A DNA stretch of 64,000 nucleotides. Origin: Mobula hypostoma (taxonomy: Eukaryota). The stretch spans positions 189,846,001-189,910,000 of the forward strand of contig NC_086097.1 in assembly GCF_963921235.1 (NCBI RefSeq), given 5' to 3'. The translations under genes and the position numbers were made by a program. Each line of letters begins with the position of its first letter. Within the stretch, counting starts at the first letter, position 1. The notes under the pieces were generated by a model. That model searched no databases, was not told the DNA's origin, and saw only the letters and a program-made list of their open reading frames with translations. Positions 50,321 through 62,914 of the stretch are shown here, one piece after another.

Positions 50321-50385
50321 CTCTCCGCTGGCTCAGTGGTTAAACGCCGCACACTCACCGCAGCGACCCGGGTTCGTTCCCCCCC
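50321..50385 (+). other. tRNA-Glu(CTC)-like sequence in the 3' LTR
   Basis: TGGCTCAGTGGTTA..CTCACCGCAGCGACCCGGGTTCGTTCCC aligns with vertebrate tRNA-Glu (AGTGGTTA..CTCACCGCCGCGGCCCGGGTTCGATTCCC); A box 50329-50339, B box 50371-50381. Confidence 0.75.
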
Positions 50386-51109
50386 CATCAAACCTCGCTC
50401 ATTCCTCTGCCTAATCCTCACTTCCCTGCCTGCAACCATTAATGAACACTCTTCAGATTACTTTCCCTCCGTGTCAGTGTCCTGTGTTTGGGTTCACCCG
50501 TTCCCTGCAAAAAAATACATCTTCTTGACGTAGGTAAATTAAGTTATCATTAAATATTTGCTGAAATTACTTAAATTTAATACAGACAAGTTGTAATCAG
50601 TCACTTTGCCTATATAAATGCACACATTCTATTTTCCTGATGGGCATAAAAGGCAGAAGTTATGACTATGAAGACATTTTAATGAAGCTCAACTTTATAT
50701 TTTAATACGACTGTACATCAACTTCAAAATTGCACCTAGCTGGCACTGACACAGTGACAGCTACATTTGGGAATGTCAAAGGCTCCATGAAACATTATGA
50801 AAGGAGCTGACAAAGCAAGTGACTGCAGCTTGTTTGAAAAAGCATTGGAACAAAGAAAATACAAATGAGACAAAAAGTAATTGATAAAAAGAGATGAGAA
50901 GCACAAGCACGCAGCTCCAAAAAATGACTGATAACACGCTGACCGTGTCCTGTTGGCCACCCAAATTGCCATTCATCCAATCCTAACTCCTCCAGATCCA
51001 GAAGGATGATCTTGCAGACCCATACAATCCTAGAACCAAACAGTGAAGTCTTGACATAACTTTCTTGAAAACAGAAAATTATTCCCTCCATTGAGAATTG
51101 AAAATTATT

Positions 51110-51410
51110 CCCTTCAGTGAACTTCCCTCCATTGAGGGCATTTACAGCAGCAGGTGCAGAAAGAAGGCCTGGAAGATCATCAGGGACACCAGTCACCCCG
51201 ACCATAAACTGTTTCAGCTGCTTCCGTCTGGCAAACGCCACTGCAGAGTTAAGTCCAGGACTAACAGGCAATGGGACAGCTTCTTTCTACAAGCCATTAG
51301 ACTTTTAAATTCACATGGCTGTACATTGCAACGGAGTCATATTGCAAAAATTTTTACTCCCTTGCTTTGTGGGATGGATGTAAAATTTAAATAAATTCTA
51401 AATTCTAGAT
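51110..51410 (+). mobile_element. Rex1/Babar-type LINE 3' end
   Basis: HPDHKLFQLLPSGKR..SFFLQAIRLLN; aataaattctaaattcta tail. Confidence 0.85.
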
Positions 51411-51589
51411 GAATGTGCTAGAGCTCTGCCAATAAATCTCCCAGCTAATGCAGTTCTGCTCCTCCACCACAGTTTATTTTGAATGTACAATAAATAAAGT
51501 TCAAACTGAAATAATCAATTTAAAACCTTACAGGTAACAAAATAAAATAGTAAGCAAAACAATAACAACTAAAAACATCTCAGATTCAG

Positions 51590-53705
51590 TCCTAAGCATT
51601 CTTACATGGGAGGGAGAGCAGCCAGACAAGTACCAATGACATAGATGGGAAGCGTGACGAGGTTCTGCAAAGTGAGTTCAGGGAGTTAGGTGCTATGTTA
51701 AATGGCAGGCCCTCCAGGGCTGTGATCTCCGGATGGCTACCCATGCCATGAGCTAGCGAGACCAGAACAAGGAAAATCATACATTTTTATAGATGGCTAT
51801 TAGATAGGTAGGGTGTCAGATATTTGGATTGTTGGCCTCTCTTCCAGGGAATGTAGGACCTGTACAGAAGAAAGGGTTTGCTCCTGAAATAGAGAGGGAC
51901 TAATATCCTAGCAGGAATGTTTACTAGTGCTGTATAGGGGGTGGTGGGGTGGTGGTGTTTCAAATAGAGTTGCAGGGGGGTGGGAATCAGAGTACCAGAA
52001 CAAAGAGTTGACAGGTTGTGGAGACGGATGTTGCTAAGACCTCAGACAAAGTCAAAGTCAGAAATCATAAGGTTGAGCATGGGAGGACTAATGTCCTGAG
52101 CCAATGTTCTGTCAGGACAGATTGGAGAACATGTCTCGTGAGGCTTTATGGGTGGAACTGAGGAATAAGAAAAGTATGACCATAATTAATCGGGCCATAT
52201 TATACACTACCAATAGTTTGCACGATTTAAAGGAACAAATTTGTAGAGAGATCACAGACTGTTGCAAGAAATATAAGATTGTTATAGAAAGTGACATATT
52301 GATAGGGACATCCATACTGTAAAATGACTAGATGGGATAGACTTTGTCAAATGTGTTCAGGAAAGTTTCTTCAATCAGAACATAAAAGTCTTAATGAGAA
52401 AGTGTGCGATACTTGATCTGCTATCGGGGAATGAGACAGGGCAGGTGACAAAAGTTTGTGTAGGGGAACTCTTTGCAACTACTGATATATTTCCATTAGT
52501 TTCAAAGTAAATATGGAAAAAGATAGGTCTGGTCCTTGGGTTGAAATTCTAAATTGGAGAAAGGGCAATTTTAATGGTATCAGAAAGGATCTGGTAAGTG
52601 TGGATTGGGACAGGTTGTTTTCTGGCAAACGTGTACTTGGTAGGTGGGAGGCCTTCAAAAGTGAACTTTTGAGAGTACAAAGTTTATATGTCCCTATCAG
52701 AATAACAGAGTGATGATAACAGGTTTACAGGACCTTACTGTTCAAGAGATAGTGAGAAAGGAAAAGGAGGTGCATGGCAGGAGTAGGCAGGCAGGAATAA
52801 ATGTGGTACTTATGGAGTACAAGAAATTCAAGGGAACACTTAATAAAGCAATCAGGAGGCCTAAATGTAGGCATGAGGTTGTCTGAAAAGACAAGGTAAA
52901 GGAATTCTACAGATATATTAAGAGCAAAAGGGTTGCAAGGGACAAAATTGGTTCTCTGGAAGATCAGAATGGTAACCTATCTGTGGAACTAAAAGAGATG
53001 GAGGAGATCTTAGATTGATTTTTTGCATCTGTATTTACTCAGGACACTGTCACAGAGTTTATAGAAGTGAAGTCATGGACCCTTACAGATTACTGAGGAG
53101 GAGACATTTGCTGTCTTGAGGCAAATTAGGGTGGATAAATCCCCAAGGTCTGAAAAGGTGTTCCCTCAAACCCTGTGGGAGGCAAGTGCCAAAATTACAG
53201 GGGCTCCAACAGAGATATTCAAGTCATCCTTAGCAGCAGCTGAGGTACCGGAGAATTGGAGGATAGCTAATGTTGTTCAATTGTTTAAGAAAGGCTTTAA
53301 AATAAACCAGGAAATTTTAGGCCAATGAGCCTGACATTGGTAATGGGAAAGTTATTGGAATGTATTCTAAGGGACTGGGTATAAAGATTCTTGGATAGAC
53401 ATGGACTGATTAGGGATAGTTACCATGGCTTTGTATACAGTAGGTCACGTCTATCCAATCTTATAGAATTTTTCAAGGAACTTACCAGAAATGTTGATGT
53501 AGATGAGGCAGTGAATGTTGCCTACATGGATTTTAGCAAGGCCTTTCACAAGAACCCACATAGGATATTGGTCAAGAAAGTTCAGTCACTCGACATTCAA
53601 AATGAGGTAGTAAACTGCATTGGACATTGGCTTTGTGGGTGAAACCAGAGAGCGGTAGTAGATGGTTGCTTCTATGAATGGAGGCCTGTGACTAGTGGAG
53701 TAGGA
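51590..53705 (+). mobile_element. CR1 LINE with internal deletions (ORF1 esterase remnant plus ORF2)
   Basis: taccaatgacatag (TND motif), EALWVELRNKK, YMDFSKAF; same family as 4966-7750. Confidence 0.88.
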
Positions 53706-54799
53706 CAGGGCCACATGCCTATTGGATGACATGTTTTTAGAACACCTCCACTTAGTCTGCGAGGGTGATCTTGAGATGCAGTTACATTGACTTCAGTTCC
53801 AGACCGTAATATCTACCTATAACTCTTACGTTATTCAATGAAGTCCAACATCAACTTTAGAAAAAAATTCCCTCAGGGTGGTACGTTAAATTCAACAATA
53901 TCAATCTTACAACTTTGTATCATAACTGACTAGACCTGTGCTCCATCTGGAGCTCTGATTGCCTGCTATTTTAATTCTCCTCCTTACTTCCACACTGACA
54001 AGTCCACTGTTAGTGTCTTTCCTGCCAGGGTGTGGCTAAACACAGACCCAACAGAATTCTTCATCTTCTGATATACTTATCCTTTTATTATTTATCCTTC
54101 CTGCTCAGTTCTTCCTACACTCAGCCCAGTCCCATTATCCTAGTTCTTACCCCTTGGAATCTTCCAGTAAGATAGCACTGCGTTCAGACTCAGCAGCCTC
54201 TTGAGGGCCAACCAAAGGTGCTTCTGTCTTTTTTTAGACATATATTTTATGATCGCAGGACAATGCTGGACATTAAAAACTTCAGGTAACGCAGGTATAT
54301 TCCATCAGTGAGCTGTACATTGGTGAAAGAGTAGGTCTTGGTGCGGTCTGTGCTATTGCCTGCTACAGGAAGGCATTGGAGTCGATGCTTGAAGGTGGTG
54401 TGCAGTCTAACTGCAAGTAATGTCTTAAATGCTTCTCTTGCCATCGCAGGACTGAGTTGGACATTAATAACGTGGAATTTCCCCTGTCTATTGATGAGAC
54501 AGTTCGTGGAGGAGCTTTGAGGCCTCAAGGCTTGACTTTTGCAGCTGTCCAGGAAAGGAGATGCTGGAGGTGGTACACAGTGGCATCCATGGTATAGGGT
54601 GGTGTCCATGCTGCGTTGGGGGCTGGCTCCTCCCATCAGTGCTGCCCTCCGGTTTCAATCAATAAGATGCCAAACTGGATTGCATGCATGTGTACATACA
54701 TACGTTCATCTGCAGACTGCTCTGAACTGCTTGTTATAACAAGCCAATAATACTCATGCACCATCACTGAAGAACTTGGGCTGCTCTATATATAATAAA

Positions 54800-55093
54800 G
54801 GCATCTGATAGTCTTGCGAGACCATGGATCTGCGCCTGGAAAGTCTTCACTCTCCAGGGCGCAGGCCTGGGCAAGGTTATATGGAAGACCGGCAGTTGAC
54901 CTCAAGATTCGTGATACCGATGTTGTCTAAGGGAAGGGCAAGGGCCAATACAGCTTGGCACCAGTGTCGTCGCAGAGCACAGTGTGGTTAAGTGCCTTGC
55001 TCAAGAACACAACATGTTGCCTCAGCTGGGACTTGAACTCATGACCTTCAGGTCGCTAGTCAAATGCCTTAACCACTTGGCCATGTGCCCACA
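54800..55093 (-). mobile_element. tRNA-derived CORE-type SINE, apparently full length
   Basis: Minus strand A box TGGCCAAGTGG, B box GAGTTCAAGTC, CORE-like ttgagcaaggcacttaacc; CTATATATA at 54786-54794 and 55094-55102 is a candidate TSD. Confidence 0.8.
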
Positions 55094-55159
55094 CTATATA
55101 TATAGTGTAATTGAATAGGAAACTGCCTTTTAAACTCACGAGAGAGTATAGGCCATCAA

Positions 55160-55294
55160 CTTTTTGCAATTTCTTTTTTATTAGCTCGACGCTCAACCCA
55201 GCATGGATGGAAAGCATGCCTGGGGAGCCGGCTGGGTTCGAACTCGGGAGCCTTCGCTCCGAAGTCCAGCGTTGATGCCACTACGCCACCAGCC
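55160..55294 (-). mobile_element. Short tRNA-derived SINE
   Basis: Minus strand GGTGGCGTAGTGG (A box) and GAGTTCGAACCC (B box), A-rich tail. Confidence 0.75.
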
Positions 55295-58200
55295 AGCAAG
55301 TGTAATTGTATGTTTACTTGTTATCTTATCTGTGCTATATGTGCCTTGTGCTGATAATGACGATTGGTACTGTGCTTTCCACCTTTGTTCAGGAGGAACA
55401 CTTTGTTTGGCTACATTCGTGGGTATTCAGCTATGGTTGAAAGATAATTAAATTTCAGTATGAACTTGAAATTGACCCGATCCATTTGCCCATAAATCAT
55501 GCAATCCTTTCACAGATACCTCTCTCTATTGTTCCCACTTGCCCCCTCCATCTCCCACTCTCGATCCAATGCTCCACTTACTTGTCCTATCAAATTCCAT
55601 CATCAAATTTCACTTATCACTTGTGTTGGATTAGAGTCTAGATTGCTATTTACTTTGTTGCTTAATGTCCAACAGCTTACTGGCAGTTCGAAAGGTAAGA
55701 AATTTGACTAAAAACGTCATTAATAACACCTTTTTTGATATAAATTGTGGTAAACTATCACCGCAAAGAATGAAGAGGCGAGCAAAGGTGAAGCAAATTC
55801 GAGGGCTGAACCGTGCTGCTGTGTTGCAAAATTGACGCAGGTGGAGTGAGCGATTGGAAGAGGAGGAATCGAGGCAGAGGAATTTCGATGCCTGTGGGTA
55901 AAATACAACTCTGACTTCTTTCTTTTGATTCTCTTTTTTTGTTCTCTGCATTTTCTTTTCCTTATAGTAGATGAATTGGTTACTGTGATGAACTCCTAAT
56001 AAAACAGCTTTAACCATAGGATTTATGTTTCATTCTTGATTTCTGATGGACCTTCTGGATCATAATAGCTCCAGATTCAACACCTTCAAGCTTCCCATTC
56101 TTTCACCTTCCTATTCCCTCTATTCACTTGGATCCATCTACGACGTGCTAGCTCTTGGTCCACCCCTTCCTTCCACCTTTTTATACTCTATTTTTCAGTC
56201 AGATGGAGGGTCTCAACCCAAAACATCAACTGTCCATTTCCATCCTTTGATGCTGCTTAGCATGTCTGGAGTATTACCTGTAAGGCAATGATGGATCTCT
56301 GTTGACACTAATCTTAGAGAATTTGAAATGCAATATTCCTTGGACAATGAAAACTGGAAATGTGGCTCCCGGAAGATTTCTTATAGAGTAAGCCTTCTTC
56401 CCATGCTTTTGGATTCCTCTAACAAGTCAGCCCTGCCTTTGTCCTTCCACAGGTGGTATTGGAGCACAAGCAGTCTCCCCATCAATGCAGCAACAAAAAG
56501 CTGCTCTGAGCTCAACTCTCCCTGAAACCCATCCCAATCCTTAAAATTAGAGTCTTCATTCCTATGGTATCCAATGAGCTTATCTATTAATCATACCCCA
56601 ACAAACCCACAAGCATATGATAATGCCTTTAGATAGTGAACATATAGGACTTGTACATGCTGTTCAAAGATGCTTTGTTATACATGATTCACTAAGGGTG
56701 TAAATTTATGTTTTAAAAGGGGCAGTATTGCATGTGGATTAACCTTACTTTCTCAACTCTATGTTTTTCACATGTAGGAATGGTTGGCACATGGTATTAT
56801 GCAGTTCAATATCTCCAAACATGTTTTGTGATCGCTTCTCTGCCTCAATTGATATACAAATCATGTAATAGACAGTAGAATCTCCAGACCAATACATTTT
56901 AAAATACTAAATAAAATAAATAATAAAACTGTAGAAATTCTCATTGCACCCTTAATATTGAGTATGAGTAAACAAGTTATATGTGGGGGTGGGATAGTAT
57001 TATTGAAAAGTAACACAGATGTGCAGAACAAGGCAATTTGATAAAAGTACCTTCATGTTGTTTAAAAGGCTTCTCTTAAATCTAGTCTCTTCATGTTGCA
57101 TTGGGTTCATTATTAACTTTGAACCAGAACATACGGCAAAGAACTGTTGCAACAATCTGCTAGAGGATCTTAGCATGTTAAGCAGCACCTGTGACGTCTA
57201 TGGGAGCAAAGGAATTGTCCATGTTTTGGGTCAAAACATTGCCAATTCCTTTCAACCCACATATGCTGCTTGACCCACTTAGTTTTTCATTTGTTTCTCC
57301 AGATTCCAGCATCTGTTCTCTCTTGTGTTTTTGGAAAGACCTGCGTATTTTCTGGTTACATGTTGCTAATAATAAAAGTCCCTCATCCTGAAATATTAAC
57401 TTGGTTTCTTTTCCACCTTTCGAATGTTTTCATCATTTGGTAAACTGGTTGCTTATTATCACCTGTACTGAGGTACAGTGAAAAATTTAGTTTTGCACGC
57501 CATCCATCCAGGTCATTTCATCACAACAGTGCATTGAGGTAAATGAAAACAATAACAGAAGACAGAATAAAGTGTTACAATTACAGAGAAAGTGCAGTGC
57601 AGGCAGTCAACATGATGTGAGGGCATACTGAGGTGGATTGTGAGGTCAGCAGTCCATTTTATCATTCTAGAGGATTGATCAATGGCCTTAAAGCTGTGGG
57701 ATAAAAGCAGTACTTGAGCTTGGTGCTTCATGCTTTCAAGTTTTTTAAATCTTCTGCCACATGGAAAGGGGGAGAAGAGAAAAGTCTAGAGTGTGTGGAT
57801 TTTCTGGTATTATTTCAGGCTTCCAGCGTCTGTAATTTGTGATTTTTATTACTGATTTTGAAGTGAAATACTAACAATTTTATGACATTGATAGAAATGC
57901 CTCGTAAAATTAAAATTGATGACATGTGAGATGCTAATAGAATCAGCCTGTGGTACATTGTATTTGGGAAAATCAATGAGTCGACCTCTCAGGTTACCTT
58001 TGCAAGCAATGTGATTCAAAAATGGAAGTTGCTCAACCTGAAATAGCATCTGTTTCAAGAATATCAAAATTGCTAAGCTTAAGAGTTTATGTTATCAAAG
58101 CTCTTCAAGCAACTCTGGGAGACATCTGTCAAACTTGAGCACATATGGATCAGACTAATGTTAAGAATTATAGTCTATAAATTGCTTTGAGTTGCTCCAT

Positions 58201-59602
58201 CTGCATTAATGAATATTATGGTAACACATACCATCTGTAAAAATACGATGGTCACAGAATACTCTTTAATAGCTGATATCCAAGAAGAGCTGTGAGCCAC
58301 TATGATCATTGGAGAATAAGAAATAGTGTTCAAAAACTGATAACTAGCTTCCTGACAACTCCAGTATTTCAGCTATTTTAGCGCCAAGTGGTACTGAAAG
58401 ACAGTCTTATTGGTCATCAGGGCAAGGTTATTATCTACGCAGGCATCAAAGATCTGAGATTCTTTAAACTCCTACAGTTCTTGAAGTAAGCAGTGAGTCC
58501 TGAAACACAGAGAATGGCCACAGCTGGAGACAAGTGGATCCCAGTGAAACAGTACAATTACTGTTGTCAGCTACTTCTGCCAGCTCTTCACTAGAAATCA
58601 CAAGGAATCTACAGAAACTCTTGAATTTCTGGCTTATTGGTTTTCTCTTGTGAATCCCAGATTCAGAAGGGAAGTTAATCGTAGAGGGAGAATGTATTGT
58701 AGGAGGATCAATATTTTGTAGCCTTGACACTCTGGCTGTGATCTTTCTGAGGGCAATTTATTTGCTGGAAGCACAATGTCACAGAATTACCATGCTCTAC
58801 ATTAATTGGTTGAATTTCCACATAATGCTACAACAATGAAAGGTAATATAGCTTCAAATACTGTAAAGATTAATCTAATCTGAAGTAACACGATCATTTT
58901 GACATAAAGACTTTGAACAAAAAGGTTTTTTTTATTTTTCTACATAATTATTTCTCTGAATACAAGAGATTCTACCGATGCTGGAAGTCCAGAGTAACAC
59001 ATACAAAATGCTGGAGGAACTCAGCAGGCCAAGCAGCATCAATGGAAAGGAATAAACAGTAGACATTTCGGCCAAGACCTGAAGGGTCTCTATTACTCTG
59101 TCATTTCCCTGTTTTGTTTTTTGCTTTGTGTCAGTTAATTCAATTCCCATTTTACTTATAGATTGCAAATCTACCAGATATAGTTTCTCCACTCACCCTA
59201 AGTGCTAGGAAAAAGTATGTTGCCAATTTAATGTAATACTGTACTATAAAAATGCTACATTTTTGGAGAAGCCACCTTACAGATACTGTATGTGTTTTCC
59301 CATGTACACATGAGCAATCCCAAGTCAGTAGCTCAAAGAAGTATTCCCAGTGTTGTGACCAAAAGCAATTCCCCATAAGTGAAACAACTTATCCTGTCAT
59401 TGTTTCAATGTGGGTGTGAACAGCTTTGCTGCCGTACTTGACTGCTGCAGTAAAACACTTCAAAAGGACTTCATTGGCTGCAAAACGTCATGGGATATTC
59501 TGAGATCATACGCATGTCGTATTAAATTTTGTAAAACATTGAATGAATATCTGAACAATTCAAAAGGAAAATGTATCTCTTTCTGAACCCTTGGCATGTG
59601 GG

Positions 59603-59743
59603 TGTAATGTACTGTGCGAATATTCGTAGCATCAGAGCGCGTATGACGTCAGGACGTGAAAAAGGGTTTATAAAAAATGGAAGTCTGTTGAATAAACGTG
59701 GTTGTTAAATCTACAGCGGTGTCCGAGTCACATAAATATTACA
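59603..59743 (+). repeat. 141-bp 5' LTR of the Mag-type Gypsy
   Basis: TGTAAT...ATTACA termini, TATAAA, AATAAA, immediately followed by the PBS. Confidence 0.8.
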
Positions 59744-59755
59744 TGGTGTCAGAAG
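59744..59755 (+). promoter_or_regulatory. Primer-binding site (tRNA-Leu type)
   Basis: TGGTGTCAGAAG is complementary to the tRNA 3' end CTTCTGACA-CCA. Confidence 0.8.
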
Positions 59756-59795
59756 AAAACGCGAAAAATAAAAAGGAAGAGAAGACACGTAAAAG

Positions 59796-62698
59796 ATGTC
59801 ACAGTTACAGCCACCGTCAAGTTTAAGCCTACAAGGTAATCTTGCTGAGAACTGGAAAATATGGATCCAGAAGTTTGAGCTGTTTTGCACCGCTAGTGGC
59901 GTAGCTGAAAAGACGGAGAAAGTGCAATGTGCTATGTTTCTGCATGTGGCGGGAGAAGAGGCAGTAAAGGTTTGCAACACGATTGTCTTCCAAGATGATG
60001 AGCAAGAAAAAATTGAAGTGTTGGAAAAAAAAGTTTCAAGATTACTGCGAACCGAGAAAAAACTTACCGTTCATCCCACACCGGTTTTTCACGAGGGCTC
60101 AAGGACCAACAGAGACCATAGACGCCTACATAACAGATTTAAAGAGCAAGGCAAAAGACTGTGAGTTCAGACAACTGCATGATTCTTTAATACGTGACAG
60201 GATTGTATGCAGCATACGAGATGATCAAGTGAGAGGCAGGCTATTGAGAGAGGCGGATCTTACATTAGAAAAGGCGATTGATGTTTGCCGTGCCAGCGAG
60301 ATCACGTCGTCAGGTTAAAGTGCTCAATGAAGAGATTGAAGTGCACAAAGTAAAAACTGTGAAAACTAACAAGAGTAGGACAAAGCCAGCTCCACAGGAT
60401 GATCAAAAGGAAGTTAATTGCAACAGGTGTGGTTATAAACATGGATACAGAAAATGTCCAGCCTTTGGTCAGACATGCAAGTTATGCCAGAAAACAAATC
60501 ACTTTGCAAAGATGTGCAAATCGAAGGAGGACGCAAGGAAAATGCATGCTGTGGAACAGAGTGAGGGCAACAGTGACATGTTCATTGGCACAGTTGGAGT
60601 GGAACAGGAGGTATGCATCAAGAATATTGACAATGAAGAGATGGAGGATGAAGATGATTGGACCCAAGATCTGATAATAAACAGGAGGAAAGTGACATCT
60701 AAGCTTGACACTGGGGCAAAGTGCAATGTAATGTCGGCAGAAACATTCAACTCACTGGACATCAGAGGAAGACTGGAAAAATCCATCTGCAATCTTGTTG
60801 CATATTTCGGCCAAAAGACAGCACCACTGGGCAAAAAAGCACTCACCTGTGTATACAAAGGTCAAAAATACAAGATCGAGTTTGAAATAGTACAGCAACA
60901 CGTTCCAGCAATACTGGACAAAGCAACATGTACAAAGCTAGGCCTGGTGAAGCGAATCTATGGTGTTGAAAAAGCAAATGACATTCTCAAAGACTTTGAT
61001 GACTTGTTTTCTGGATTAGGATGTTTACCAGGGAAACACCATATCAGGATTGATCCAACTATTGCACCAGTCGTGCATGCCCCGAGAAAGATTCTAGTAG
61101 CTCTCAGGGATCAAGTAGTGGAGGAGCTACACAGAATGGAACAGATGGGAGTCATAACAAGACAAATAGAACCGACCGACTGGGTGAATAGTATGGTGAC
61201 AGTGGTCACAGAAAAAAATAAGAGGATTTGCATGGATCCACAAGATCTCAATCAAGCCATCAAAAGAGAGCACTATCCGCTGCTCATGGTTGAAGAGGTT
61301 GTCTCCCGCATGCCTAATGCGAAATACTTCTCAGTATTAGATGCAAATCAAGGTTTCTGGCAGATCAAGCTGGATGAAGAAAGTTCCAAATTATGCACTT
61401 TCAACACGCCCATAGGGAGATATCGTTTCCTGCATCTACCCTTTGGGATTTCTTCTGCATCAGAGGTATTCCAGAGATCCGTGGCACAAATGATTGAAGA
61501 CCTGGACGGGGTGGTCAACATCATTGATGATTTGCTGATATGGGGTGAAACAATTGAGGAACATGATCAGAGACTGAGGAAGTTCCTGGAGAGAGCACGT
61601 GAGTACAACCTAAAACTGAACAAAAGTAAATGTAAGATCAGAACTACAGAGATCAAATACATAGGTCATGTGCTCAGTGCTGATGGGCTAAAACCAGATG
61701 ATGAAAAGGTCAGAGCTGTGGTACAGCTACCACCACCCAAAGACAAGCAAGAACTATTGAGGTTCATGGGCATGATACAGTATCTTGCCAAATTCACTCC
61801 CAACTTATCAGAGGTCAGCGCTACACCCCGAAAGCTACTAGAGAGCAACACTGAATGGCATTGGGAAGACAAACAAAAGAAAAGTTTTGACACATTGAAG
61901 CAGTTGGTTACCAATGCACCAGCACTCAAGTTCTATGATGTCAATAAACCAGTGACGATGTCTGTGGATGCCAGTTCGGAAGGAATAGGAGCTGTTATAC
62001 TACAGGGTGGGAGGCCTGTGGCGTATGGATCATGAGCACTTACAGACTGCCAACACCGATATGCTCAAATCAAGAAGGAATTACTCACCATAGTTTATGA
62101 GTGTGAGAAGTTCCACCAATATGTATATGGCAAAGAAATCCAGATTGAGAGTGATCACAAACCACTTGAGAGCATCTTTAAAAAGCCACTCCACCAAGCT
62201 CCTATGAGACTGCAAAGGATGCTTCTCAGGCTACAGAGGTACACTCTCACAGTCACCTATAAGCCAGGAAAAGAACTGTACATCGCTGATGCTTTGAGCT
62301 GTGCTTACCTCAAAGAGCAAAAGGAAGAGTTGCTAGGAAGAGAGCTGGAGGTCAACTGGGTTACACCTCAGCTACCCATCTCTGAGGAGAAGATGAACAT
62401 GTTCAGGAAAGTGACTGCAGATAATCCTGAAATGCAAATGCTAAGAGGCATTACAATGAATGGATGGCCAACAGAAAGAAAAGATGTTGCAAAGGAAATG
62501 CAGAAATACTGGACATTTAAAGAGGAAATCAGCTATGCATCAGGACTAATGTTCAAAACAACACCAAGAATGATGCAGACCCCAAAAACACAGAGGTCAT
62601 TCGAAAGACTGACACGGATGAAGGTCAAGCACAGTCACAGTTGTATCACACACGGTCTGGGAGACAAGTCAAACTTCCAGCTAGATACAGAGACTAGA
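59796..62698 (+). pseudogene. Mag-type Gypsy gag-pol with integrase core deleted
   Basis: GNLAENWKIW, LIRDRIV, two CCHC knuckles (CNRCGYKH..C, CKLCQKTNHFAKMC), KLDTGA, LDANQGFWQI, LPFGISSASEVFQ, IIDDLL, SVDASSEGIGAV; 585-codon open stretch 60278-62035. Confidence 0.93.
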
Positions 62699-62914
62699 CA
62701 TGCAATTTGAGGCAAAGTCACACATGTCATAAGTTCCAAGGTGTGAAATAAAAGGTTTATTAGTCTATGCTGGTAAAAGAAAATACACTGCTGTTAGTCT
62801 TGTAAAATACAATGCAGAATACAGTACAAGAAGGTAAGATTTTTTTTAGTTTATGTCATAGTTGTTGCACTGTAAGAAGGGCACACCTAGAGGCATTGTT
62901 TTGGTAATTCACAG

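Larger units (their letters stand above)
44911..50512 (+). mobile_element. Gypsy chromovirus (Tf1/sushi group) LTR retrotransposon, near full length, decayed
   Basis: 5' LTR ~44911-45467 (U3 truncated), 3' LTR 49860-50512 starting TGTCAC, G-rich PPT ~49833-49850, gag-PR-RT-RH-IN-chromodomain order. Confidence 0.95.

Noticed and set aside
55091..55108. 18-bp palindrome ACACTATATATATAGTGT
   Set aside because: Mostly a (TA)n run at a SINE junction; low information content.
55160..55294. Functional tRNA gene
   Set aside because: It has an unrelated 3' extension and A-rich tail typical of a SINE, and no convincing full cloverleaf.
55646..56017. Host exon on the minus strand (acceptor-like ttttacccacag near 55872)
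   Set aside because: No recognisable protein in any frame and no convincing partner exons.
58464..58730. 88-aa minus-strand ORF in unique sequence
   Set aside because: No recognisable motif; the length is compatible with chance.
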